From positions 5,229-69,228 of the forward strand of contig PLZA01000067.1 in NCBI GenBank assembly GCA_003153505.1: DNA of 64,000 nt, written 5' to 3'. A program made the translations under genes and the position numbers. The number at the start of each line of letters is the position of its first letter. Positions within the stretch are counted from its first letter, which is position 1. This document shows, one piece after another, positions 29,554 through 38,718 of the stretch. The notes below the pieces were generated by a model, which ran no database searches, was not told the DNA's origin, and saw only the letters and a list, made by a program, of their open reading frames with translations. The stretch is from Candidatus Dormiibacterota bacterium (GTDB lineage Bacteria > Chloroflexota > Dormibacteria > Aeolococcales > Aeolococcaceae).

Positions 29554-30773
29554 CCTCGTCACCCTCGGCTGCTGAAACGACTCAGTACGACCTCGCGATC
29601 GTCGGCGGAGGTGTGGTCGGATGTGCCATCGCTTTCTTTGCCGCGCGCTCAGGGCTTCGCGTCGTGGTTCTAGAAGCCGCGAACCTCAATCGGGGCTCCT
29701 CTGGAAGCAGCGCGGGTAACCTTCACGGGCAGTTACTCAGTCCCGTCGCGCGGCGGTACGTGGGGTCCGCACGCGCGGAGCGACTGACAATGATTGCACG
29801 AGTGCATCTCAAGGCCGTCGAGATGTGGAAGGCCTTGCCTGACTCGATACAAAGTGATGCTTCGGTCGCCCACACGGGCGGATTCATGGTTGCCGAAACC
29901 ATGGCCGGAGCTCAGATACTCGAAGCTAAGGTCAGCTACGAGAAGGCAGCGGGTTTGCCTTCGAGCCTTCTCTCGCAGGCTGAGGGTCGCCGCCTCTTTC
30001 CGATGCTCGGCGAGACTGTAGTGGCTGCGGAGCACTGCGCGGCCGAGGGGTTTGCCAACGCCCTGACAGCGGGACCTGCACTTGCACGAGCGGCGAGGCG
30101 GCTCGGAGCGTCCATCGAGGTGCATTCGCCGATCCGCCGCATCGAGCGCACTGGGAATGCAGCGACCCTTATAGGCGATAGGACGAGCTGGTCGGCGACG
30201 AAGGTAGTGATAGCCGCAGGCTGGCAATCACCATCTATCGATGTCGCTGGTGCTGCCGACTTTACGGTGGACAAAGAGGCGCTGCAAATGCACGTCACCG
30301 GTGCCATAGGTTTCGAGCCGACCGCAGTCGTGCAGCACATCGAGGACCGCCTCACGGTAAAGAGAACACAGTTCGGCACGTGGCTGATTGGGGGCGGCTG
30401 GCCGAGTACGGTCGCGCCCGATGGAAGCCTGGAAGTGAACTGGGATTCGGTCGAGGGCAATTGTGGCCTTGCTGCCCGCATTGTGCCGACACTCCGCTCG
30501 ACCCCGCTACTGCGGACCTGGCCGGCCTTGAGCGCAAGCGTCGGCGAGCGAGGGGTGGTGGTTGGTTGGCTCGATGATGCGCGCACCTGCGCCCTGGCCG
30601 TTCCGGGCGAGACGGGCTTCACGTTGGCGCCGCTTCTCGGCTGCTATCTCGCTGAGAGCATGGTGAGACCAGGCATTCTCGGAGCCGTTGCGGACGATGG
30701 GATGACGATGCTCGACAGGTGGAATCCCGAGGAATCACGCGCCCCCGATGGCACGCGATGTGTCGTCTTCTAG
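29544..30773 (+). CDS. FAD-dependent oxidoreductase (DAO family; HcnC / D-amino-acid-dehydrogenase-like beta subunit)
   Basis: GTG start overlapping the upstream stop. YDLAIVGGGVVGCAIAFFAA motif. Confidence 0.85.
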   Translation: MAVTSSPSAAETTQYDLAIVGGGVVGCAIAFFAARSGLRVVVLEAANLNRGSSGSSAGNLHGQLLSPVARRYVGSARAERLTMIARVHLKAVEMWKALPDSIQSDASVAHTGGFMVAETMAGAQILEAKVSYEKAAGLPSSLLSQAEGRRLFPMLGETVVAAEHCAAEGFANALTAGPALARAARRLGASIEVHSPIRRIERTGNAATLIGDRTSWSATKVVIAAGWQSPSIDVAGAADFTVDKEALQMHVTGAIGFEPTAVVQHIEDRLTVKRTQFGTWLIGGGWPSTVAPDGSLEVNWDSVEGNCGLAARIVPTLRSTPLLRTWPALSASVGERGVVVGWLDDARTCALAVPGETGFTLAPLLGCYLAESMVRPGILGAVADDGMTMLDRWNPEESRAPDGTRCVVF

Positions 30774-30835
30774 TCTTGAGGGGCCTGATGATAGGGGTCC
30801 CTGAATGACACGGAGTTCGCACGCGCCACACGCAG
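30562..30835. repeat. Direct repeat copy 1 (3' end of the FAD-oxidoreductase gene plus about 60 bp downstream)
   Basis: About 275 bp, roughly 85-90% identical to 31209-31482. Confidence 0.8.
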
Positions 30836-31204
30836 CCCGCACATTGTCTCGTCGGCGAGTCGCAAGAGTAGCTGCTGCTGTGAACCAATGATGTCGCCGA
30901 CAGATCGATCGATCTCAGGAATGATGACACGCGAAAAGTATCTCCCAAGATCAGGCGGCATGCCGTCGATGTGCAAGCCCGAGAGCTGGTTCACATACCG
31001 AAGGCCACAACGCTGAGTGATGGAGGGCGACATGCACTCCTCGAGTGCAGCTAGAAACGCGGCAAGGCGACGCTGAAAACTCTCCTCCCACGTGGTGAAC
31101 GCATTTGCTGTTTGTAGTGATGCAGAGTCGGGGCCGAGCGAGATCGTCCAGGCTCCCGTCTCGGCAGCAATCTGCCACGCGCCGGCGGTTGGTGCCGGCG
31201 CGAC
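30770..31204 (-). pseudogene. About 145-aa C-terminal gene fragment of unknown function lying between the two repeat copies
   Basis: Minus-strand frame reads protein-like (…WTISLGPDSASLQTANAFTTWEESFQRRLAAFLAALEECMSPSITQRCGLRYVNQLSG…). The upstream side is bounded by a stop exactly at the repeat-2 junction. Confidence 0.3.
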
Positions 31205-31208
31205 TTAA

Positions 31209-31482
31209 TTGGTTGGCTCGATGATGCGCGCAACTGCGCCCTGGCGGTTCCGGGCGAGACGGGATTCACGTTGGCGCCGCTTCTCGGCTGCTACGTCGCT
31301 GAGAGCATGGTGAGGCCAGGGATCCTCGGAGCCGTCGCGGACGATGGGATGACGATGCTCGACAGATGGAATCCCGGGGAGTCAGGCGCCCCCGATGGCA
31401 AGCGACGTGCCTTCTCCTAGTCTTGGCAGTTGCGATCATGGACGTCCCTGAACGACGCGGGATTCGCACGCGCACGCCACGC
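31209..31482. repeat. Direct repeat copy 2 (orphan duplicate of the oxidoreductase 3' end, reading frame intact)
   Basis: Encodes ...GWLDDARNCALAVPGETGFTLAPLLGCYVAESMVRPGILGAVADDGMTMLDRWNPGESGAPDGKRRAFS*, which parallels the real C-terminus. Confidence 0.8.
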
Positions 31483-31607
31483 CTTTCTATCGTCGCCTCC
31501 TGAGTCCCGGGTTCCACCACCTGTCGCCCGCCGTGGAACTGGACGTATCTCCAGACGCAAGCAGGTCGCGTTTTCGGGCGCCATCCTTAGTACTACAACG
31601 CTGGTTG

Positions 31608-31995
31608 TCATGGGTGCTCACGAAGCCACCGCTTGCGATGGGATGCGGTGGCCGCGGCTTTGCGGCGGTGCTGATGGCGCAGCCAGGCGAGCGCGGCGGC
31701 CACGTCCCAAGTCACGCGCGGCAGCACCACCTCGAGCAATTGGCGAACCTCGGGCACGCTGAGTGCGCCGGATTTTCCCCCCATCTCCTCTGCACCGACT
31801 TCATGAACGCCAGCGCCAGCAACGACAGCGTGATGTGGTGATACCAGCCACGCAACTTGGTTACCTCGTAGTGATCGAGGCCCACCTCGCCCTTGGCCAG
31901 TTCGAAGTTCTCCTCGATCGTCCAGCGCAGACACCCCGTCCAGGCCATCTCCTGCAGTGTCATCGTGGCGGGGGCGTTGGACAGGTAGTACTTCA
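31608..31995 (-). pseudogene. IS701-family transposase C-terminal remnant (frameshifted)
   Basis: YYLSNAP...RWTIEENFELAKGEVGLDHYEVTKLRGWYHHITLSLLALAFM, then in another frame VRQLLEVVLPRVTWDVAAALAWLRHQHRRKA. Both are typical IS701 transposase tail motifs. Confidence 0.6.
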
Positions 31996-32928
31996 CCTCG
32001 CCGCCGCCCACCGGAGAGCTACTTGTTGATCGCGTTCTACTCGGTGCGGAGCGAGGAGCTGTTCTGTGAGCGGCTGCAGTACGACCTGCTCTTCAAGTGG
32101 TTCCTTGACATGAATGCCGATGCCCCCTCGTTCGATCCCAGTACGTTCAGCAAGAACCGCGAGCGTTTGTTGAACCACGATGTTGCGAAGCGGTTCTTCG
32201 ATCAGGTGCGCGCGGAGGCAGAAAATCGCCAACTCATCTCCGACGAGCACTTCACCGTGGGCGGCACGTTGCTGGAGGCCTGGGCGTCGGTGAAGAGCTT
32301 CCGGCCCAACGACGACAGCGACAAGGCTGGTGGAAAGCCGGCCGGCAAGAACCCGGATGTTAGCTTCCACGGGACCCGGCACAGCAATACGACCCACCAC
32401 TCAAGGACGGACACCGAGGCGCGCCTGGCCCGAAAGAGCAATGGCACCACGGCAAAGATGAGCTACATGGGTCATGCCCTGATGGAGAACCGGCATGGCC
32501 TGGTGGTGGACGTGGAGTTGACACCGGCAGACGGCCATCCGGAGCGAAAAGCCGCGGTGACCATGCTGAAGAGGCGGCGCACAGAACGCGGTCATGGAGC
32601 GAGGTGGACGCTCGGTGCGGACAAGGGTTATGACAGCGCCGACTTCGTGGACGACATGCGGGAGCTCAAGGTGACCCCGCACGTTGCGCAGAACACGTCG
32701 GGCCGCAGCAGCGCGATCGACGAGCGCACAGCCCGACACCCTGGTTACGACATCAGTCAGCACAAGCGGAAGCGTGTGGAGGAGATCTTCGGCTGGCTGA
32801 AAACAGTCGGAGGAGGCCGCAAGCTGCGCTACATCGGCAAGAAACGTAATGCGATGTGGCTGACCTTCACAGCAGCAGCCTTCAACCTCGTTCGAATGGC
32901 CAACATCGAGCTCGCGACGAGCGGGTAG
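31957..32928 (+). mobile_element. IS5-family (DDE_Tnp_1-type) transposase, 5'-truncated
   Basis: Homology begins at …LLIAFYSVRSEELFCERLQYDLLFKWF…. Continues through …DKGYD… and ends …NLVRM. About 80-100 N-terminal residues of the family are absent and the gene abuts the IS701 remnant. Confidence 0.8.
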
Positions 32929-33068
32929 CGCGTGCTGCGACGCGAACCCCGCGGGTTTCTCGAACCGTTCGAGGCCAATCGGCCCCGTCCAGACCCGAGA
33001 AATCCCCGCCGGGTGTGGGATCAGGGCCTATTTCAGGTCCCTTCTAGCCACTGTGCACGCACAGTGAG

Positions 33069-33953
33069 CTAACGACGTTGCAGCCGCACCTCGAGGGCAT
33101 CCCGCAGTGCGTCGCCCACGAAGTTGAATGCGATGACGGTGAGCACGATCGCCGTACCCGCCGGGTAGATGAGCCACCAGTAGCCGACTTGGATGTAGTT
33201 GAGCCCGTCCGTGAGCATCCCGCCCCAGTTGGCCGCGGGCGGCGGTACGCCGAGACCAAGGAACGACAGCGCGGCAAGCAACAAAATGGCGTTGGCGATC
33301 TCAAACGTCGTCTGGACCACGATAGTGCCGATCGAGTTGGGGACGATATGGCGAAGGATGATGCGCGGGCCGTCCGCCCCTACCACCTTCGCAGCCAGTA
33401 CGTAATCACGACTCCGCAGCGACAGCGCATCCCCTCGAACCAGCCGGGCTGTGGACGGCCACGAGACGAAGGTGATCACCACGATCAGCATCAAAGTGCT
33501 CGGCGTGAAGACGCTGGCGAGGAGCAGAATCAGCAGAAGCGACGGAATCGCAAGCAGCGCATCGACCATTCGCATCAGCAGGCCGTCGACCACACCGCCG
33601 AGATATCCGGCGACCGCGCCGACCGCGGTACCCCATACGCTGGCCAGGAAGGCCGCCGCCAAACCGACTTCCAAGGAGGATTGGCCGCCTAGCATGAGAC
33701 GGCCGAGGATGTCGTAACCGACCCCGTCCGTACCCAACGGGTGTCCGGCTCCTGGCCCTAGCGCCGCGTTCAGCGGATCCGTCTGCACCTGGTTCGTGTG
33801 ATAGACGACCGGGCCCAGGAAGCAGAACACGGTTATCAAGGCGATAATGACGAGACCGCAGGCCGCAAGCCGATTCTGAACGAACACCCTCAGCCACATG
33901 CCATGCCCACTGCGCGGATCACGGTCGTCGATGCTCGCCTCGATTAGCGCCAT
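33069..33953 (-). CDS. ABC transporter permease, DppC/OppC family
   Basis: BPD_transp_1 EAA-like loop (…ALSLRSRDYVLAAKVVGA…). 6 TM helices. Confidence 0.9.
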   Translation of the reverse strand: MALIEASIDDRDPRSGHGMWLRVFVQNRLAACGLVIIALITVFCFLGPVVYHTNQVQTDPLNAALGPGAGHPLGTDGVGYDILGRLMLGGQSSLEVGLAAAFLASVWGTAVGAVAGYLGGVVDGLLMRMVDALLAIPSLLLILLLASVFTPSTLMLIVVITFVSWPSTARLVRGDALSLRSRDYVLAAKVVGADGPRIILRHIVPNSIGTIVVQTTFEIANAILLLAALSFLGLGVPPPAANWGGMLTDGLNYIQVGYWWLIYPAGTAIVLTVIAFNFVGDALRDALEVRLQRR

Positions 33954-33987
33954 GGGTCATCAGCTCCCCGCGCCGCCCGCTGACGGG

Positions 33988-34935
33988 TCACGAGTAGCGC
34001 ACCCTGGGATCAACGGTCGTATACACCACGTCCGCGATTAGGTTGCCGAGCACAGTTGCGACACCGACCACGATCGTGACGCCCAGCAGGACGTTGTACG
34101 ACTGGGTCGTCGCCGCTTTCCAAAACAGCAGCCCCATCCCCGGGTAGTTGAACACCGACTCGACAATCACATCGCCGGCGAGAGCCGATGGCAGACTCAG
34201 TCCGATCAGCGTGATGACCGGGATCAGCGAGTTGCGTAGCACGTGGCGGCGAAGGATGGCGAACTCTGAAACGCCCTTCGCACGGGCGGTGCGAATGTAT
34301 TCCTGCACCAGCGTGTCCACGGCGGACGACCTCATGAAACGGCTAAACAGCGCGACTGTGACGATCGTCATCGTCGCCACCGGAAGGACAAGACCGATCG
34401 GTTGGCTTAACACCTGACCGACCGTGTCCCCTTGCGAGGCCGACGAGGGAAAGAGGGGTATGGCCACGGCCAGAAACGAGATCAGCAGGATGCCCAACCA
34501 GAACTCCGGCATCGCGTAGCCAACGAAGGCAACCACCGTGACGACGTAGTCGATTGGCTTGTTCCGACGGACTGCCTGAAGAATGCCCAGCGGCACGGCG
34601 ATGACAAGCGACAGCACGTAGGCGAAACCGACCAAGAGCGCGCTTTTCGGAAGAGCCTGACCGATCAGCGAGTCGACCGTCTGGTTATCTTCGAACGAGT
34701 AGCCGAGATCGCCGTGAAGCAACCGTCCGACGAAGGCGATGTACTGCCGCCACACGGGTAGGTCATAGCCGTTTTCCACGACGAAGTTGTGGATCTGGAT
34801 CGCGCTCGCCTTGGGACCCAGAATGGCCTTCGCAGGACCGCCTGGCAGCAGGTGCAAGATGATGAAGACGATGATGGTCACGCCGATCATGACGACCAAG
34901 GACTGGATCAGTCTGCGGACGATGTAGGAGATCAT
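33988..34935 (-). CDS. ABC transporter permease, DppB/OppB family
   Basis: MISYIVRRLIQSLVVMIGVTIIVF… canonical DppB N-terminus. Confidence 0.9.
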   Translation of the reverse strand: MISYIVRRLIQSLVVMIGVTIIVFIILHLLPGGPAKAILGPKASAIQIHNFVVENGYDLPVWRQYIAFVGRLLHGDLGYSFEDNQTVDSLIGQALPKSALLVGFAYVLSLVIAVPLGILQAVRRNKPIDYVVTVVAFVGYAMPEFWLGILLISFLAVAIPLFPSSASQGDTVGQVLSQPIGLVLPVATMTIVTVALFSRFMRSSAVDTLVQEYIRTARAKGVSEFAILRRHVLRNSLIPVITLIGLSLPSALAGDVIVESVFNYPGMGLLFWKAATTQSYNVLLGVTIVVGVATVLGNLIADVVYTTVDPRVRYS

Positions 34936-36578
34936 TCCTCGCTTTCCACCTCGGCGCGACGCTCGGCGTACTCCTCCTGCAAGAGCTCGATCGGGACGTT
35001 ACCGTTGCGCCATAGGAAGTCATGCAGAGCAGCCAGGTCGAAGCCCTCACCTCGCTCCAGCGACGCAGCCGCGATCCAAGCCAAGATTTGATGCTTGCCG
35101 ATCACGTACGACAGTCCCAGGCCAGGCGTAGAGGCAAATGCCCCGGCCTCGCTGAACGCGGTGGTCTGGTCCATGGGCACGAGGTCGCGCAGCCGTTCGC
35201 CGGCCTCGAGAATCGTAATGTTCCCGAGGACTAGGTCGAGGTCCACATTGACCCGGAGCCCGCGCAGGCGCATCAGGTTGTACATGACCTGCAACGAGTG
35301 TGGCTTGTCGTCGAAGAGCCCCGCGTGGATCATCAGCTCTTCGTTGTAGTAGGCAATGCCTTCGTTTGCTACCGAGTCGTAGTACTCGCGACGGATCTCG
35401 TTCGACTGCGCCCACGACATCGCCAGCTGCATATAGTGCGCGCCCTCGTGAGTGATACCGATCCGAGGGTCACGTGCATTGGTGCCGTGAAAGTACGGCA
35501 GGTCAGGGCTGGGACTCGGCACGTAGCTGACGGCGTCCTGATCCAGACGGTGAGCGTCAGTCAGGTCATCGGTGACTCCGAGCCACCGCAACGGCCAGAC
35601 GTACGCCGGCATCGGCAGGTTCAGGTAATGCCGGAGGCCGTCCGGAAGCGTCAGCAGGTGCTTGTCAGCGTAGAATTTGCGGACCTGCCGCTCCAGCTCG
35701 GCCTCGATTGCACATTGCTCCTCGGCCGTCGTGGCGACTTGGCTGGGGTCCCCCTCGGCGTTGCGGGCGGCTTGCACCGTCTCCATGAGAACTGCACGTC
35801 TCCATTCCTGCGCTCCGATGCTGGAGAGCTCCTCGGGTGACCACGAGACGCAGGCGATTTCGCGCAGGAAATGGAGGAACCGTTCTCTCCCGACCGGCGT
35901 GAACGGACTCATCTCGGCCAGGCTCCCCGCCAGTGACGCGGCGAAGGATTCCAACGCGCTCGCCGCCCGATTAAGAGCATGGCTGACCGCAGCCTGAGGG
36001 TCGGCTGGCAACTGCGCGCGCAGTGCCGTATCGACCGTAACCAGCGTTTCGGTGATGCCCGCCAGCTCGGCAACGGCGATCTCGGCGTACTCCCGGAAGA
36101 CATGACCGGCGAGGTTGTCAAGTCCTGCAGTCAAGATCGTGGGTATGGCGGTCAGCCGGCACATCAGCTCAGCGACGTACCCGGCGTCGAACGGTGGACG
36201 ACGAAGCATCAGCTCAAAGACCGCGCCGAGTGACTGGTCCACGTAGAAGCTGGGGTTGCAGGCCCAGTTGCGAAGGTCATCAAGCTCCCAGCGAGCCCGA
36301 GCGATGGCCGACCGCAGCAGCCGTGCATCGATCCGGTCAGCGAGGGACGCTGAGGATACGTCGACGCGGTCCAAACGCATGGCGAAGACCGCAAGACGCT
36401 GCTGATATGTGGCGACGTCGGTGGCGGCCCACTTCGCCGTCCAGCCAGTTGGGCGCGGCACTCGACAGATGTCGTCCCGGGTGGCCGGGGCCTGACGGTG
36501 CCGCCACTCCCAGAAGTCCTGCCCTATCGCGGCGAGATCGGCGACGGGTGAGCCCGCGGTCTCAGTCTTCGTTGACAT
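34932..36578 (-). CDS. DUF885-family putative zinc metallopeptidase
   Basis: HExxH-type motif (ITHEGAHYMQ). Length and helical architecture typical of DUF885. Embedded in the transporter operon. Confidence 0.7.
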   Translation of the reverse strand: MSTKTETAGSPVADLAAIGQDFWEWRHRQAPATRDDICRVPRPTGWTAKWAATDVATYQQRLAVFAMRLDRVDVSSASLADRIDARLLRSAIARARWELDDLRNWACNPSFYVDQSLGAVFELMLRRPPFDAGYVAELMCRLTAIPTILTAGLDNLAGHVFREYAEIAVAELAGITETLVTVDTALRAQLPADPQAAVSHALNRAASALESFAASLAGSLAEMSPFTPVGRERFLHFLREIACVSWSPEELSSIGAQEWRRAVLMETVQAARNAEGDPSQVATTAEEQCAIEAELERQVRKFYADKHLLTLPDGLRHYLNLPMPAYVWPLRWLGVTDDLTDAHRLDQDAVSYVPSPSPDLPYFHGTNARDPRIGITHEGAHYMQLAMSWAQSNEIRREYYDSVANEGIAYYNEELMIHAGLFDDKPHSLQVMYNLMRLRGLRVNVDLDLVLGNITILEAGERLRDLVPMDQTTAFSEAGAFASTPGLGLSYVIGKHQILAWIAAASLERGEGFDLAALHDFLWRNGNVPIELLQEEYAERRAEVESEE

Positions 36579-38676
36579 GGTCTGGGTGCCTTCGCTCTAG
36601 GAAGGGCGAGTCGGTCGATACGCCGGCGGCAGCCGGCTGGAGCGGGGTCTCGAGGGGGAAGTGGCAGGCAGCCAGATGGCTGCTGACACCGAACGGACGA
36701 AGCGGTGGCTCGGTCGTTGCGCAGAGTTCGGCGGCTCTCGGACAGCGCGTGCGGAACCGGCAGCCCGAAGGTGGATCGACCGCCGACGGGAGGTCGCCCA
36801 TTATGGCAACTCCTTTGCGCCGTGCGAACATCGGATCGGCCACCGGAACGGCTGACAGCAGGCCGTGCGTGTACGGATGGGCAGGCGCGCCGTACACGTC
36901 GTCCGCCGTCCCGATCTCGATTAGTTTGCCGAGGTACATCACCCCGATCCGGTTGGCGAGGTAACGAACCACCGACAGGTCATGGGAGATCAGGACGTAA
37001 GTGAGCCCCTTCTCGTTCTGCAGGCGCCGCATCAGGTTGAGTACTTGTGACTGGATAGATGCGTCGAGCGCCGATACCGGCTCGTCCGCAACGATGAGTT
37101 GCGGTTCGAGCGAGAGAGCCCGCGCCAGCCCGATCCGTTGACGTTGACCCCCAGAGAACTCGTGCGGGTAGAGCCCCAGCGAACGAGGCGCCAGCCCCAC
37201 GTCGCTCAAGGCTTGCGACATGCGCTCGTCCTGGTCGTGGCGGCTTCCGATGTGCTGTACCGCCAGCGGCTCACGCAGTGTCGAGGAGATCCGCATCCGC
37301 GGATCTAGCGACGCGTAAGGGTCCTGAAACATCAGTTGGACGTCTCGACGCTTGCGGCGCAGCAACCGCCCCCTCATCGCGGACAGTTCATCCTGACCGA
37401 AGCGCACCGACCCCGAGTCCGGCTTCTCCAGAGCGACAATCAGCCTGCCAAGCGTGGTCTTGCCGCATCCTGATTCGCCGACGAGGCCGAAGGTATCGCC
37501 CTTGGAAACTGAGAAGGACACATCGGAGACCGCCTTAACCGATCCCACTCGGCGTTGCAGGACGCCCGCGGTAATCGGAAAGGCCTTGACGACGTGGTCA
37601 AGGACGAGCAGTGGTTGATCAGCCGCGACCGGCGCATCGCCGGCGCCGCCGCTAGGTCGTGCCCAGTCTCGTCGCGCATCGGCTGAACCCGACGTAGAGA
37701 ACAGGCCAGCGACCGGGAAGAAGCACGCAACCTCGTGGTTTCGATCGTGCGCGAGGAGAGTTGGCTCCTCTTGCCGGCAGAGGTCTTGAGCAAACCGGCA
37801 ACGCGGCGCAAAGCGGCATGCGTGCTGATGCGGGCGGGACAGGTCCGGCGGCAGCCCCGGAATGCTGTAGAGAACGTCATTCCGATCGGTGTCGAGGTCC
37901 GGAATCGATGCGAGCAACGCCTGTGTATAGGGATGGTGCATGTGGCGGAAGACCGTAGGCGTGTCGGCTGACTCGACGATGCGCCCGGCATACATCACCA
38001 TAGTCCGGTCCGCACATCGCGCGATCACTCCCATGTCATGGGTGATCAGCAGCATGGCCATGTTCAGGCGCGACTTGAGGTCATCAAGGAGATCGAGGAT
38101 CTGGGACTGGATAGTCACGTCGAGCGCAGTCGTCGGCTCGTCCGCTATCAGCAGCCTCGGCTCGCACGCCAGCGCCATCGCGATGACGACCCGCTGACGT
38201 AGACCGCCGGATAGCTGGTGCGGGTACGCTTCGAGTCGTTCCTTGGGCTTCGGCATGCCCACCAGTGCGAGGACGTCGGCCGCCCTTTCCATCCCCTGCG
38301 TTGCTGAGGCGCCGCGATGCACGCGAACCGACTCGGCGATCTGCTCGCCGATGCTCATCGTCGGGTTCAGTGAAGTCATCGGGTCTTGGAAGACCATCGC
38401 AATGTCGTTGCCCCGAATCCTGCGCATCTCCCGCTCGGAGACCGCGCTGATATCTCGACCCTCGAGCGCGATGGTGCCGCCGGCTCGATGTCCGCCAGGC
38501 GGCAGCAGTCGCATGATTGACATCCCCGTCATGGACTTCCCGGAGCCCGATTCTCCGACCAGTCCGACCGTCTCGCCAGCCTTAATCGTCAAGGACAAGC
38601 CATCCACGGCCTCGACCGTCGAATGCCTCATGCGGATGTGAGTCTTCAGGTCCTTTACCACCAAAAGATCAGGCAT
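36562..38676 (-). CDS. ABC transporter ATP-binding protein, fused double NBD (DppD-DppF-like)
   Basis: Two Walker A motifs (GESGSGKS; GESGCGKT), two LSGGQ signatures and two oligopeptide-C-terminal regions. Confidence 0.9.
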   Translation of the reverse strand: MPDLLVVKDLKTHIRMRHSTVEAVDGLSLTIKAGETVGLVGESGSGKSMTGMSIMRLLPPGGHRAGGTIALEGRDISAVSEREMRRIRGNDIAMVFQDPMTSLNPTMSIGEQIAESVRVHRGASATQGMERAADVLALVGMPKPKERLEAYPHQLSGGLRQRVVIAMALACEPRLLIADEPTTALDVTIQSQILDLLDDLKSRLNMAMLLITHDMGVIARCADRTMVMYAGRIVESADTPTVFRHMHHPYTQALLASIPDLDTDRNDVLYSIPGLPPDLSRPHQHACRFAPRCRFAQDLCRQEEPTLLAHDRNHEVACFFPVAGLFSTSGSADARRDWARPSGGAGDAPVAADQPLLVLDHVVKAFPITAGVLQRRVGSVKAVSDVSFSVSKGDTFGLVGESGCGKTTLGRLIVALEKPDSGSVRFGQDELSAMRGRLLRRKRRDVQLMFQDPYASLDPRMRISSTLREPLAVQHIGSRHDQDERMSQALSDVGLAPRSLGLYPHEFSGGQRQRIGLARALSLEPQLIVADEPVSALDASIQSQVLNLMRRLQNEKGLTYVLISHDLSVVRYLANRIGVMYLGKLIEIGTADDVYGAPAHPYTHGLLSAVPVADPMFARRKGVAIMGDLPSAVDPPSGCRFRTRCPRAAELCATTEPPLRPFGVSSHLAACHFPLETPLQPAAAGVSTDSPFLERRHPDHVNED

Positions 38677-38718
38677 CCAAGGTCCTCTCGAAAACCATGC
38701 CCGCCAGCAACGTTAGTA

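Noticed and set aside
31533-31841. 102-aa plus-strand ORF over the IS701 remnant
   Set aside because: Antisense to recognisable transposase-tail motifs. No features of its own.
36194-36964. 256-aa plus-strand ORF
   Set aside because: Antisense to the DUF885 and ABC ATPase genes. Arg/Pro/Trp-rich.
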